Source: Alphaproteobacteria bacterium | GTDB lineage: Bacteria; Pseudomonadota; Alphaproteobacteria; UBA828 | Length of the DNA: 64,000 bases | Assembly (NCBI GenBank): GCA_965237415.1 | Contig: CBDEFM010000002.1 | Coordinates: 256,001-320,000, forward strand | Direction: 5' to 3' | Part shown: piece after piece, positions 55,499-64,000 of the stretch | How the letters are laid out: each line of letters starts with the position of its first letter | Numbering within the stretch: the first letter of the stretch is position 1 | Notes under the pieces: model-generated | Told to the model about the DNA's origin: nothing | Seen by the model: the letters and a program-made list of their open reading frames with translations, nothing else | Database searches by the model: none | Made by a program: the position numbers and the translations under genes

Positions 55499-55579
55499 CG
55501 CCTCTCTACTCTGATGCTTAGCTGCGCGGAGGTCTGCGCATGCCAAAGAGTGCACGCAAGGAACACGGAGGAGGCGACT

Positions 55580-56548
55580 ATGGTGGGAACGAATATGAGG
55601 CGATGGGCGATTGCTCTCGTCGCCGGGACCGCGATCGGCCTGTCGGGTGTTGGGTCCGGCGTGGCTCAGGCCGCGGACTCCGACGACCCGATCAAGATCC
55701 CGATCCACAACTGGTCAAGTCAAATCGTGGGCGCCAGCGTTCTGGGCAAGATTCTCAATGGCCAGGGTTTTGCGACGGAGTTCATCCCCGCTGATAGCCA
55801 GGTGGTGTACACCTCCATGTGCGAGGGCGACATCGACGTGGTCCACGAGGTCTGGCAGGGCGCGTTCGGCGTGGCGTTCGAGAAGGTGGTGGGCGAAGGT
55901 TGTGTGATCGACACCGCGACTCATGACGCCAAGACCCGCGAGGAGTGGTGGTATCCCAGTTATGTCGAGGAGCAGTGTCCGGGCCTGCCCGACTGGCAGG
56001 CGCTGAATGCCTGCGCGGAGATGTTCTCGACCCCCGAGACGGCCCCGAAGGGTCGCTTCCTCGGCGGCCCTGTCGACTGGTTGAAGCACGACGCCGAGCG
56101 TGTCGCGGGCCTCGGCATGGACTTCGACGTGGTGAACGCAGGCTCGGCAGCGGCGATATGGGCGGAGCTCGCATCGGCGTTCGAGCGCAAGGCGCCCATC
56201 GTGCACTTCAACTGGACGCCCAACTTCATCGAGGCGATCTACGACGGCAAGTTCGTCGAGTTCCCGGAGTATGGCGAGGGCTGCAAAGATGACCCGGCCT
56301 GGGGTCCCAACCCCGACATGACCTATGACTGCGGCAACCCGAAGGACGGCTATCTCAAGATCGGCGTCTGGAACGGCATGCCCGACAAGTGGCCGACGGC
56401 CTACGCCATTGTCCAGAAGATGAACCTGTCCAATCTGGATATCGCGGTGATGTCGAAGCTGGTCGACATCGACGGCATGGAGGTCGACGAGGCGGCCGAC
56501 AAGTGGCTGGCTGACAACGAAGCCAAGTGGAAGTCCTGGCTGAACTAG
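55580..56548 (+). CDS. tmoX: TMAO ABC transporter substrate-binding protein
   Basis: DPIKIPIHNWSSQ, EVWQGAFG, TREEWWYP, CPGLPDW, GPVDWLKH, FNWTPNF, YDCGNP match the recalled Ruegeria TmoX. Confidence 0.88.
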   Translation: MVGTNMRRWAIALVAGTAIGLSGVGSGVAQAADSDDPIKIPIHNWSSQIVGASVLGKILNGQGFATEFIPADSQVVYTSMCEGDIDVVHEVWQGAFGVAFEKVVGEGCVIDTATHDAKTREEWWYPSYVEEQCPGLPDWQALNACAEMFSTPETAPKGRFLGGPVDWLKHDAERVAGLGMDFDVVNAGSAAAIWAELASAFERKAPIVHFNWTPNFIEAIYDGKFVEFPEYGEGCKDDPAWGPNPDMTYDCGNPKDGYLKIGVWNGMPDKWPTAYAIVQKMNLSNLDIAVMSKLVDIDGMEVDEAADKWLADNEAKWKSWLN

Positions 56549-56566
56549 CCTAGGAGTTGCTGGCGA

Positions 56567-56611
56567 CGAGGGCGCCGCCCTTCTCCCTGTGGCGGCGCCC
56601 TCGCTTTCTTT
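56567..56611 (+). terminator. Stem-loop/terminator after tmoX
   Basis: 13-bp stem CGAGGGCGCCGCC / GGCGGCGCCCTCG followed by CTTTCTTT. Confidence 0.7.
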
Positions 56612-56722
56612 AGCGCACATAGTACCGGCACATGGTAGTCGCTCTCCGCGCCACCGGCGATGGGGCCATGTGTCGCCAGGCGGGGCAGCGGCATACGCTC
56701 CGCCGGGGCGGGGAGGTGCCTT

Positions 56723-57745
56723 TTGGCCGAGCCCATTCTCACGTGCACCAACGTCTGGAAGCTGTTCGGCCCCAAGCCCCGGTCGTTCATGAACAAGCAC
56801 GGCGGCGCGCCCGGCCTCGCCGCCATTCTGGAAGAGGGCTACATCCCGGCCGTGTGCGACGCCTCGCTCGAGGTCAACGCCGGCGAGATCCTGGTGATCA
56901 TGGGGCTCTCGGGCTCGGGCAAATCCACGCTTCTCCGCTGCCTCGCACGCCTGATCGAGCCCACCGCGGGCGAGATCATGTTCGAGGGCCAAGACCTGCT
57001 CAAGGCGAGCAACCGGGAGCTCACGCAGCTCCGCCGCCACAAGATGGGCATGGTGTTCCAGCACTTTGCGCTGCTGCCCCACCGCACGGTGCTGCAGAAC
57101 GTCGCTTTTCCGCTCGAGGTGCAGGGCATCGACCGCCGCACACGAGAGGCCCGCGCCGGGGAGATGATCCAGCTCGTGGGCCTCGACGGGCGCGAGCGCT
57201 ACTACCCGCGCGAGCTTTCAGGCGGCCAGCAGCAGCGAGTGGGCATTGCCCGCTCGCTCGCGGTAGGGCCCGAGCTCTGGTTCCTCGACGAGCCGTTCTC
57301 CGCCCTCGACCCGCTCATCCGGCGCGAGATGCAGAACGAGTTTCTGCGCCTGCAGAACTTGCTGCAAAAGACGATCCTGTTCATCACCCACGACTTCGAC
57401 GAGGCGATCAGGCTCGCCGACCGGATCATCATCATGAAGGACGGCGTCATCGAGCAGTCCGGCACCGCCACCGAGCTGATCGAGAATCCGCTGACCGACT
57501 ATGTGCGCGAGTTCACCAAGGACGTAGCGCGGGACCGCCTGCTCACCGTGGCGACGGCGATGCGGGCCGCTGCGGCGGGCGAGGCCACGCGGGGCGAGAT
57601 AAAGGCGGATGCCACGCTGGCGGACGTCGCGCCGCAGGTCATCGAGGGGGAGCACCCGGTGGCCGTCGTCGACGAGAAGGGCGAGACGGTCGGCGTGCTC
57701 GACCGCTACGGCCTCGTCGACGCGATGTACGCCGGCCGCTCCTAG
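56723..57745 (+). CDS. tmoW: TMAO/betaine-type ABC ATPase
   Basis: GLSGSGKST, LSGGQQQR, LDEPFSALDPLIR; TTG start after GGAGG. Confidence 0.85.
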   Translation: MAEPILTCTNVWKLFGPKPRSFMNKHGGAPGLAAILEEGYIPAVCDASLEVNAGEILVIMGLSGSGKSTLLRCLARLIEPTAGEIMFEGQDLLKASNRELTQLRRHKMGMVFQHFALLPHRTVLQNVAFPLEVQGIDRRTREARAGEMIQLVGLDGRERYYPRELSGGQQQRVGIARSLAVGPELWFLDEPFSALDPLIRREMQNEFLRLQNLLQKTILFITHDFDEAIRLADRIIIMKDGVIEQSGTATELIENPLTDYVREFTKDVARDRLLTVATAMRAAAAGEATRGEIKADATLADVAPQVIEGEHPVAVVDEKGETVGVLDRYGLVDAMYAGRS

Positions 57746-57749
57746 AGCC

Positions 57750-59738
57750 ATGGCAGACGCGCGCACCGTCGGAGTGTCGATTGGGGCCGCCGGCCGCGTC
57801 ATGCGTGCGCCAGGCGTGGGCCCGATCCTCGTGCTGGTGCCGTTCGTCGCGTTGCTGGCGCTCAAGCCCGTCCTGCCGGCAGAGGGGATCGTCTGGCCGA
57901 TGGCCATCGCGGTTCCCTTCATCGACTGGATCAACGTCGTCGTCGACGTCTTCCACAAGCACGAAATTCTTGGCGTCTTCACGGTCAAGGACGCGACGCG
58001 GGCGATCGCACGGGTGATCGAGTGGCCGCTCGACATCATGCACGGCCTGCTCGCCGGGGGCTTCAAGTCGATCGGCATCCCCGCCATTCCGTGGGTGATG
58101 ATCGCCGGCCTCGCCGCCGTCTTCGGCTGGTGGCTGAAGGGCTGGCGGCTCGCACTGCTTGCCGGCGGCTGCATCGTCTACTTCGCCATCTTTGGCAAAT
58201 GGTCGCTTTCGATGACGACGCTCTCTGTCATCCTGGTCGCGGCGCCGATTGCGGCTGCCGTCGGCGCCGCCCTGGGCGTGGTGGGGGCGAAATCGCCGCC
58301 CTTCGAGCGGGTGCTCTGGCCGATCCTCAACGTCATGCAGTCGCTACCGCATTTCTCCTATCTGATCCCGGTTGCGCTGTTCATCGGGGTGTCGCACCGG
58401 GCGGGGGCGATCGCCACTATCCTCTTCGCCATCCCGCCGATGACGCGGCTCACGGTGCTCGGACTCAAGGGCGTTGCCGAGGAAGTGCGCGAAGCAGGCC
58501 GCATGGCCGGTTGTACCCGCTGGCAGATGCTCTTCAAGGTGGAGATACCGGCCGCGCGCGATTCGCTCATGCTGGGCGTCAATCAGGTCATCATGCAGTG
58601 CCTGGCGATGGTCGTGATCGCGTCTTTCGTCGGCGCCAAGGGCCTTGGCCAGGACCTGCTCTTCCGGCTTCAGAGCCTGCGCCTCGGGCAGGCGCTGGAG
58701 AACGGCGTCGCCGTGGTGCTGATGGCGGTGATGCTCGACCGGCTCAGCCGGGCGCTGTCCGAGAGGCAGCCCGAGCGCCGCCCGGAGGGGCTGTTCTGGC
58801 GGGTGCACCCGTATCTGATGGCCGCGGGCGTCGTCATCGTCGCCTCGATTGTCGCGGCACTGCTGACGCCCCACGCCCAGGCGCTGCCCAGGTCCGCCAC
58901 CATCACCACCGCGCCCTTCTGGGACTCCGTCGTCGACTTCATCACCATCACGCTCTACGACCCGCTCTCTTTCATCCGCGACGGCCTCCTCATTTACGTG
59001 CTGATCCCGCTTCGCACGGGCTTCCAATGGATGCCGTGGATCGCGGTCGCGGCGCTGGCTGGCGCCATCGGCTGGCGGCTCGCAGGGCCGCGGCTGGCCG
59101 CGACGGTGGCGGGCTTCGTCTGCTTCATCGCGCTCACCGGCTTCTGGGAGCGCGCATCGATAACCGCCTACATGGTTTTCTTCGCACTGATCGTCTGCCT
59201 GATCTTCGGGCTGCCACTCGGCATATGGGCGTCGAAGACGGCGCGCCGCACCCGGTTCGTGCAGCTCCTCTGCGACACCTTCCAGACCTTTCCCTCGTTC
59301 ATCTACCTGATCCCGGTGATCATGCTGTTCCGGGTGGGCGACGTGGCGGCAATCACGGCCATCGTGATCTACGCCGCGATCCCGATCGTTCGCTACACGA
59401 TCTTCGGCCTGCGCGGCGTGCCCAATGAAACGATCGAGGCGGCGATCACCGCAGGCTGCACGCCGCGGCAGATCCTGTGGAAGGTGCGGATGCCGCTGGC
59501 CTTGCCCGAGATCATGCTGGGGGTCAACCAGACCATCATGTTCGGGCTCTTCATGGTGATCATCGCCGCTTTCATTGGAACGACGGACCTCGGGCAGGAG
59601 ATCTTCCGGGCGCTCACCTTTGCCGATGCAGGCAAGGGCCTCGTGATCGGCCTCTGTGTCGCGTTCATCGGGCTTACGGTCGATCGCCTGGTCACGGAAT
59701 GGTCGGCGCAGCGGCGGCGCCAGTTGGGCTTGGCCTGA
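57750..59738 (+). CDS. tmoV: TMAO ABC permease (fused double permease)
   Basis: Two ProW-like repeats (MQSLPHFSYLIP / FQTFPSFIYLIP, MLGVNQ twice). Confidence 0.85.
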   Translation: MADARTVGVSIGAAGRVMRAPGVGPILVLVPFVALLALKPVLPAEGIVWPMAIAVPFIDWINVVVDVFHKHEILGVFTVKDATRAIARVIEWPLDIMHGLLAGGFKSIGIPAIPWVMIAGLAAVFGWWLKGWRLALLAGGCIVYFAIFGKWSLSMTTLSVILVAAPIAAAVGAALGVVGAKSPPFERVLWPILNVMQSLPHFSYLIPVALFIGVSHRAGAIATILFAIPPMTRLTVLGLKGVAEEVREAGRMAGCTRWQMLFKVEIPAARDSLMLGVNQVIMQCLAMVVIASFVGAKGLGQDLLFRLQSLRLGQALENGVAVVLMAVMLDRLSRALSERQPERRPEGLFWRVHPYLMAAGVVIVASIVAALLTPHAQALPRSATITTAPFWDSVVDFITITLYDPLSFIRDGLLIYVLIPLRTGFQWMPWIAVAALAGAIGWRLAGPRLAATVAGFVCFIALTGFWERASITAYMVFFALIVCLIFGLPLGIWASKTARRTRFVQLLCDTFQTFPSFIYLIPVIMLFRVGDVAAITAIVIYAAIPIVRYTIFGLRGVPNETIEAAITAGCTPRQILWKVRMPLALPEIMLGVNQTIMFGLFMVIIAAFIGTTDLGQEIFRALTFADAGKGLVIGLCVAFIGLTVDRLVTEWSAQRRRQLGLA

Positions 59739-59763
59739 CCTGTTGCGTGGGGAGGCGTCGAAG

Positions 59764-62094
59764 ATGGATATCGTTTCAGCCGGTGCGGCCCGCCCGATAC
59801 GCGGCGTGCGGCGGCCGGGTCTGCTCGCTCTCGCTCCGGGGGTCGAGCGCTACGTCGTGCCGGGGCGGAGCGCGCGGGCCATACGGATCGCGGGCGGCGA
59901 CATCATCCGCCTCGTCAATACTGAAGGCGCGCAGCCCTGCGAGCTGGTCTGCGCGGCCGAAGACGGCCGCTTTGCGGCGGACCTGCTGGGAGAAAGGGCT
60001 GGGGGCAGCGCCGCCGGTCTCCGCCGCCTGATCGCCGACGGTGCTGCACGTGTAGACCGCGACCTCACTGGTGCCTCGTCCCTCTACTTGTTCGGGCCGG
60101 AGACCCGCGCCGGCGAGGAAGTGTCATTCACTGCGACCGGCGCCGGCACGGTGATCGTGGCAGCGCCCGGCCTGCCGATGGCCGTCGACGGGCAGGACCC
60201 GCCGACGCCCATCGTCGTGTTCGTCGAACGCTTCGCTGGCGCACCTCCGGCGGGCGAGGCGATCCTTCCCGAGCCACTGGCGGACCCGCGTCTCGATCAG
60301 CGGATCGATCGCCGCACGGCGGCCAGTTACGAGGTGCGCGCCGGCGAGTGGATTCAGATCATCGACGTTGAGGGGCGGCAGTGCACGGACTTCCAGGCAT
60401 TTCATCGCGCACGGCTCGATGAGGGCGTCGAACGCTGCCTGGACGTGACGACCACTCGCACACTCATGGGTCTCGGCTATCCCCATCCGGGGCAGCGGGC
60501 CAAGTATCTCGACCAGGACTTCGTGGCGCTGGTCGAGGTGGTGCAGGACACATGCATGCGCCACGACGCCTTCGACCTCGCCTGTGCCGCCAAGTACTAC
60601 GAGGACCAGGGCTACCCCGGCCACGTCAATTGTTCGGACAATTTCAACACTGCCCTGGAGGCGTATGCGATTCAGCCGAGGCGCGGGTGGATGGCCATGA
60701 ACTTCTTCTACAATACCAAGGTCGACGGCCAGAACCTGTTCGTCCTCGACGAGCCGTGGTCGCGACCCGGCGACTACGTTCTTCTGCGGGCGCTCACCGA
60801 CCTGGTCTGCGTCTCATCCGCCTGCCCTGACGATATCGACGCGGTCAACGGCTGGAACCCCACCGACATTCACGTGCGCGTCTATCCGGCGACGGAGTCG
60901 TTCAAGCGCGCCGTCGGCCACCGCAAACAACCGGACGCGGACGTGACCATGACCAAGGAAACCGGCTTCCACGCCCGTACCAGCGGCCACACACGCGACT
61001 TCGTCGAATACAACGGCTACTGGCTGCCCAACAGCTACACGGGCGTCGGGCCGATTGCCGAATACTGGGCCTGTCGGGAACGCGTCGCCGCCATCGACCT
61101 CTCGCCGCTTCGAAAGTTCGAGGTGCTGGGACCGGGGGCGGAGGCGCTGCTGCAGCGTTGCCTGACCCGCAATGTGCGTAAGCTCGCGGCGGGCCAGGTC
61201 GTCTACACCGCCATGTGCTACGACACCGGCACGATGCTCGACGACGGAACCTTGTTCCGGCTGGGCCGGGACAACTTCCGTTGGATCGGCGGTTCAGACC
61301 GGGGCGGCGACTGGCTGCGCGAGCAGGCCGAGGCGCTCGGCCTCGACGTCTGGGTCCGCTCGTCGACCGATCAGCTCCACAACCTCTCCGTGCAGGGCCC
61401 CAACAGCCGGAAGGTGGTGGGCGAGATCGTCTGGACCCCGCCGGCCCAGCCAACCGTTCAGGAACTTGGATGGTTTCGCTTCTCCATCGGCCGGCTGGGC
61501 GACCCGGACGGCGCGGCCGTGCTGGTCTCGCGTACGGGCTACTCGGGTGAGCTCGGCTACGAGATTTTCTGCCACCCAAGCGATGGCGAGGCGGTGTGGG
61601 ATGCGGTCTGGGCGGCTGGCGAGCCGCACGGGCTCAGCCCGCTCGGCCTGGAGGCGCTCGACATCCTTCGGATCGAGGCGGGGCTGATCTTTTCGGGCTA
61701 CGAGTTCGACGATCAGACGGACCCCTTCGAGGCCGGGATCGGCTTTGCCGTGCCGCTCAAGTCGAAGGAGGACGACTTCATCGGCAAGGCGGCGCTGGTC
61801 AAGCGCAAGGTCAGTCCTCAGCGCGCCCTGGTGGGCCTCGAACTCGCGAGCGACGAGGTCGCGGGCCACGGCGATTGCGTGTTCGTCGGCCGCCACCGGG
61901 TGGGCGTCGTCACGTCGGGCACCCGCTCGCCGATGACGGGAAAATCCATCGCGCTCTCACGCATGGCGGTGGAACACGCAGGCCACGGGACCGCCGTCGA
62001 GGTCGGCAAGCTTGACGGCGTACGGAAGCGTCTTGAAGCGACCGTCGTCCCGTTCCCCTTCTACGATCCCGACAAGTCGCGAGTCAGGATGTAG
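59764..62094 (+). CDS. tdm: TMAO demethylase (DUF1989 + GcvT domains)
   Basis: IIDVEGRQCTDF, HDAF.LACAAKYYED.GYPGH.NCSDNFN, SSACPDDID, then GcvT fold (DLSPLRKFE, RTGYSGELGYE); follows tmoXWV. Confidence 0.88.
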   Translation: MDIVSAGAARPIRGVRRPGLLALAPGVERYVVPGRSARAIRIAGGDIIRLVNTEGAQPCELVCAAEDGRFAADLLGERAGGSAAGLRRLIADGAARVDRDLTGASSLYLFGPETRAGEEVSFTATGAGTVIVAAPGLPMAVDGQDPPTPIVVFVERFAGAPPAGEAILPEPLADPRLDQRIDRRTAASYEVRAGEWIQIIDVEGRQCTDFQAFHRARLDEGVERCLDVTTTRTLMGLGYPHPGQRAKYLDQDFVALVEVVQDTCMRHDAFDLACAAKYYEDQGYPGHVNCSDNFNTALEAYAIQPRRGWMAMNFFYNTKVDGQNLFVLDEPWSRPGDYVLLRALTDLVCVSSACPDDIDAVNGWNPTDIHVRVYPATESFKRAVGHRKQPDADVTMTKETGFHARTSGHTRDFVEYNGYWLPNSYTGVGPIAEYWACRERVAAIDLSPLRKFEVLGPGAEALLQRCLTRNVRKLAAGQVVYTAMCYDTGTMLDDGTLFRLGRDNFRWIGGSDRGGDWLREQAEALGLDVWVRSSTDQLHNLSVQGPNSRKVVGEIVWTPPAQPTVQELGWFRFSIGRLGDPDGAAVLVSRTGYSGELGYEIFCHPSDGEAVWDAVWAAGEPHGLSPLGLEALDILRIEAGLIFSGYEFDDQTDPFEAGIGFAVPLKSKEDDFIGKAALVKRKVSPQRALVGLELASDEVAGHGDCVFVGRHRVGVVTSGTRSPMTGKSIALSRMAVEHAGHGTAVEVGKLDGVRKRLEATVVPFPFYDPDKSRVRM

Positions 62095-63517
62095 TCCACG
62101 CAGGCCTGCGGGCGATCCAGGGCCGCGCCTCTTCGAGCTGGGCGGCGAAGCGGAACAGCGTGGCCTCGTCTCCGTATCGGGCGATAGCCTGCACCGCGAC
62201 AGGGAAGCCGCTCTCCGTCACGCCGAGCGGGATCATCATCGCGGGCTGGCCGGTGAGATTGAACCACACTGTGAACGGGCTGAAGCTGAACACCCTCCGC
62301 CAATACTCCTCGAGATCGTCCATCATCATGTCGAGCCAACCGAGCTTCGGCGGCAACGTGCCGAGGCCGGGCGTGAGCAGAACGTCCCAGTTCTGGTGGA
62401 AAGCCGCCATCTGGCGACCGATGCGGTGGGCGGTGTGGACCGCCGCCATGTACGCCTCGCCGTCGATCCCCTCGGCAAGCTTGGCCGTGTCGGCAACCAC
62501 GGTCTCCAGCTCGCCCGGTTGGGGGGTGCGGCCGGCGGGATGCGCGCGCACCAGATAGAGAATTTGAATCGCGCTGATGGTGCGGAACGTGGGCACCACA
62601 TCGGCCCCGTCGATCGCGGGATCGACCTCGTCCACCCGATGGCCGAGGTCGGCACAGAGCGACGCCGTCTTCCGCAGGACACGGAGCGGGTCGGCCTCCA
62701 CCGGCGCTCCGTTCGGTGCCTGGCTCGTCATCGCGATACGCAACGTGCCGGGATCGGCGCCGACCTCATCGAGAAACGGGCGGGCCGGCGGCGGCGCGAT
62801 GTAGGGATCGCCCGGCCCGGGCCCGGCGGTCGCATCGAGGAGCGCCGCGCTGTCGCGCACCGTGAGCGATACCGCGTGCTCGATGGCCAGCCCCGCGAGC
62901 GATTCGCCGAAATAGGGCGCCATGGTGTTGCGCGCCCGAGTCGGGCGCAGGCCGACCAGGCCGCAGGAGGCCGCCGGCGCGCGGATCGAGCCGAAGCCGT
63001 CCGAGGCATGGGCGATGGGCAGCATGCGCGCGGCCACCGCCGCCGCAGCGCCGCCGCTGGAGCCCGCCGGCGTCCGCTCCAGGTCCCAGGGATTGCGCGA
63101 GGGGCCATAAAGCTGGGGCTCACAAGTCAGGCTCAAGCCGAGCTCGCAGCTGCTCGTCTTGCCGTAGATCACCATGCCGGCCCGCTTGAGCCGGGCGACA
63201 TGGAGGCTGTCCTCGGTTGCAGGCGGAAGGTCGGCGAAGAAGCGGCTGCCCCGCGCGGTCCTGGCGCCGGCGAGCGCCGAGCCGAGATCCTTGAGCAGGA
63301 ACGGCACGCCTGTGAACGGCCCATCCGGCAGGCCCGCCGCAATGGCCTGCGCGGCGAGGTCGTAGAGCTCCATCACGACCGCATTGATGGCGGGGTTGCG
63401 TGCTTCGACACGCGCGATGGCTGCTTCCAGCACCTCCGTCGCGCTCGCCTCGCCCGTCTTCACGAGCGCCGCGAGACCCAGCGCATCGTATGACTCGAAC
63501 TCCGCGAAGCCGTTCAT
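62084..63517 (-). CDS. Amidase-signature family amidase (NylA-like)
   Basis: GVPFLLKDL, GSSGGAAAAVA, ASDGFGSIRAPA, NLTGQPA. Confidence 0.9.
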   Translation of the reverse strand: MNGFAEFESYDALGLAALVKTGEASATEVLEAAIARVEARNPAINAVVMELYDLAAQAIAAGLPDGPFTGVPFLLKDLGSALAGARTARGSRFFADLPPATEDSLHVARLKRAGMVIYGKTSSCELGLSLTCEPQLYGPSRNPWDLERTPAGSSGGAAAAVAARMLPIAHASDGFGSIRAPAASCGLVGLRPTRARNTMAPYFGESLAGLAIEHAVSLTVRDSAALLDATAGPGPGDPYIAPPPARPFLDEVGADPGTLRIAMTSQAPNGAPVEADPLRVLRKTASLCADLGHRVDEVDPAIDGADVVPTFRTISAIQILYLVRAHPAGRTPQPGELETVVADTAKLAEGIDGEAYMAAVHTAHRIGRQMAAFHQNWDVLLTPGLGTLPPKLGWLDMMMDDLEEYWRRVFSFSPFTVWFNLTGQPAMMIPLGVTESGFPVAVQAIARYGDEATLFRFAAQLEEARPWIARRPAWTTS

Positions 63518-63559
63518 GATGCGTCCCTCCGCTGCTATCGCATCATACTCTAACCGTAG

Positions 63560-64000
63560 TCTGCCGAGGCCTCGACCGCCGGAACGCTGGGTGTTCTGGT
63601 CCCCATCGTGTTGATCGCGATTTATGCGCTCATCGCGGCCTTCCTGCGCAGCTACTGGAAGCCGATTATCGCGGTCGTGGGAGTTCCAATCGCATTTGCC
63701 GGTGCGATCGTGAGCCACTGGATCCTCGGGTGGAATCTGACAACCATGTCAGTGTTCGGCATGATCGCTGTCGGCGGCGTGGTGGTGAACGACGCTCTGG
63801 TCCTGTTGGACCGTTACAATAAGATCCGACGAGAAAACGAGATGATTCCCGCCATCGCCGCGGCATCGCCGGCAACGCGTCAGCGTTGCCGGGCGGTATT
63901 TTTGACGAGCCTGACCACTATATTGGTGTTGTCGGCTTTGCTTTACGAGCGCGGTGACGAGCTGATTGCCTTCGTCCCGTTTGTCGTCAGCATGTTGGGC
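63560..64000 (+). pseudogene. 5'-truncated AcrB/RND permease remnant (C-terminal TM segments), runs off the window
   Basis: IYALIAAFLRSYWKP, FGMIAVGGVVVNDALVL, RCRAVFLTSLTT; in-frame TAG at 63557 with no room for the N-terminal ~850 aa; not in the ORF track. Confidence 0.75.

Noticed and set aside
60950-62094. GcvT domain as the missing T protein for gcvPA/PB
   Set aside because: It is the C-terminal domain of the DUF1989-fused TMAO demethylase in the tmo operon
1-64000. CRISPR arrays, tRNA/rRNA genes, prophage or integrase genes
   Set aside because: No repeat-spacer arrays, cloverleaf/rRNA signatures or phage genes seen by eye; small ncRNAs cannot be excluded without a covariance-model search

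Overview
GC-rich, densely coding bacterial DNA. The secB/fxsA-tim44-mltA-smr, ispH/hpnH/shc and gloB/HNH neighbourhoods point to an alphaproteobacterium, and the TMAO genes suggest a marine one (inference). Left to right: the end of a TonB-dependent receptor; the secB-fxsA / tim44-mltA-smr block interrupted by lutABC; an amide/C-N hydrolase region (N,N-dimethylformamidase-like large subunit flanked by TWO small-subunit paralogues, polar amino-acid ABC transporter plus hydantoinase, aliphatic amidase, pxpBC); tandem Phd-VapC toxin-antitoxin modules, cutA and an IS1202-type IS with a 17-bp target duplication; an MEP/hopanoid cluster (ispH-hpnH vs dxs-shc-hpnG); a pyridoxamine-pyruvate aminotransferase; a pxpA / amino-caprolactam-racemase-like / LLM operon cut off by a deletion scar; an orphan split glycine-decarboxylase P pair with an AcoX/ATP-NAD-kinase-like gene; an apionate-lactonase-like sugar-acid operon; an acyl-CoA dehydrogenase pair; and a TorT-TorS-TorR sensor wired to TMAO uptake and demethylation (tmoXWV-tdm) rather than to torCAD. 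No rRNA, tRNA or CRISPR array was seen. Family calls come from motif recognition and recalled reference sequences, not database searches. Start codons are best estimates.
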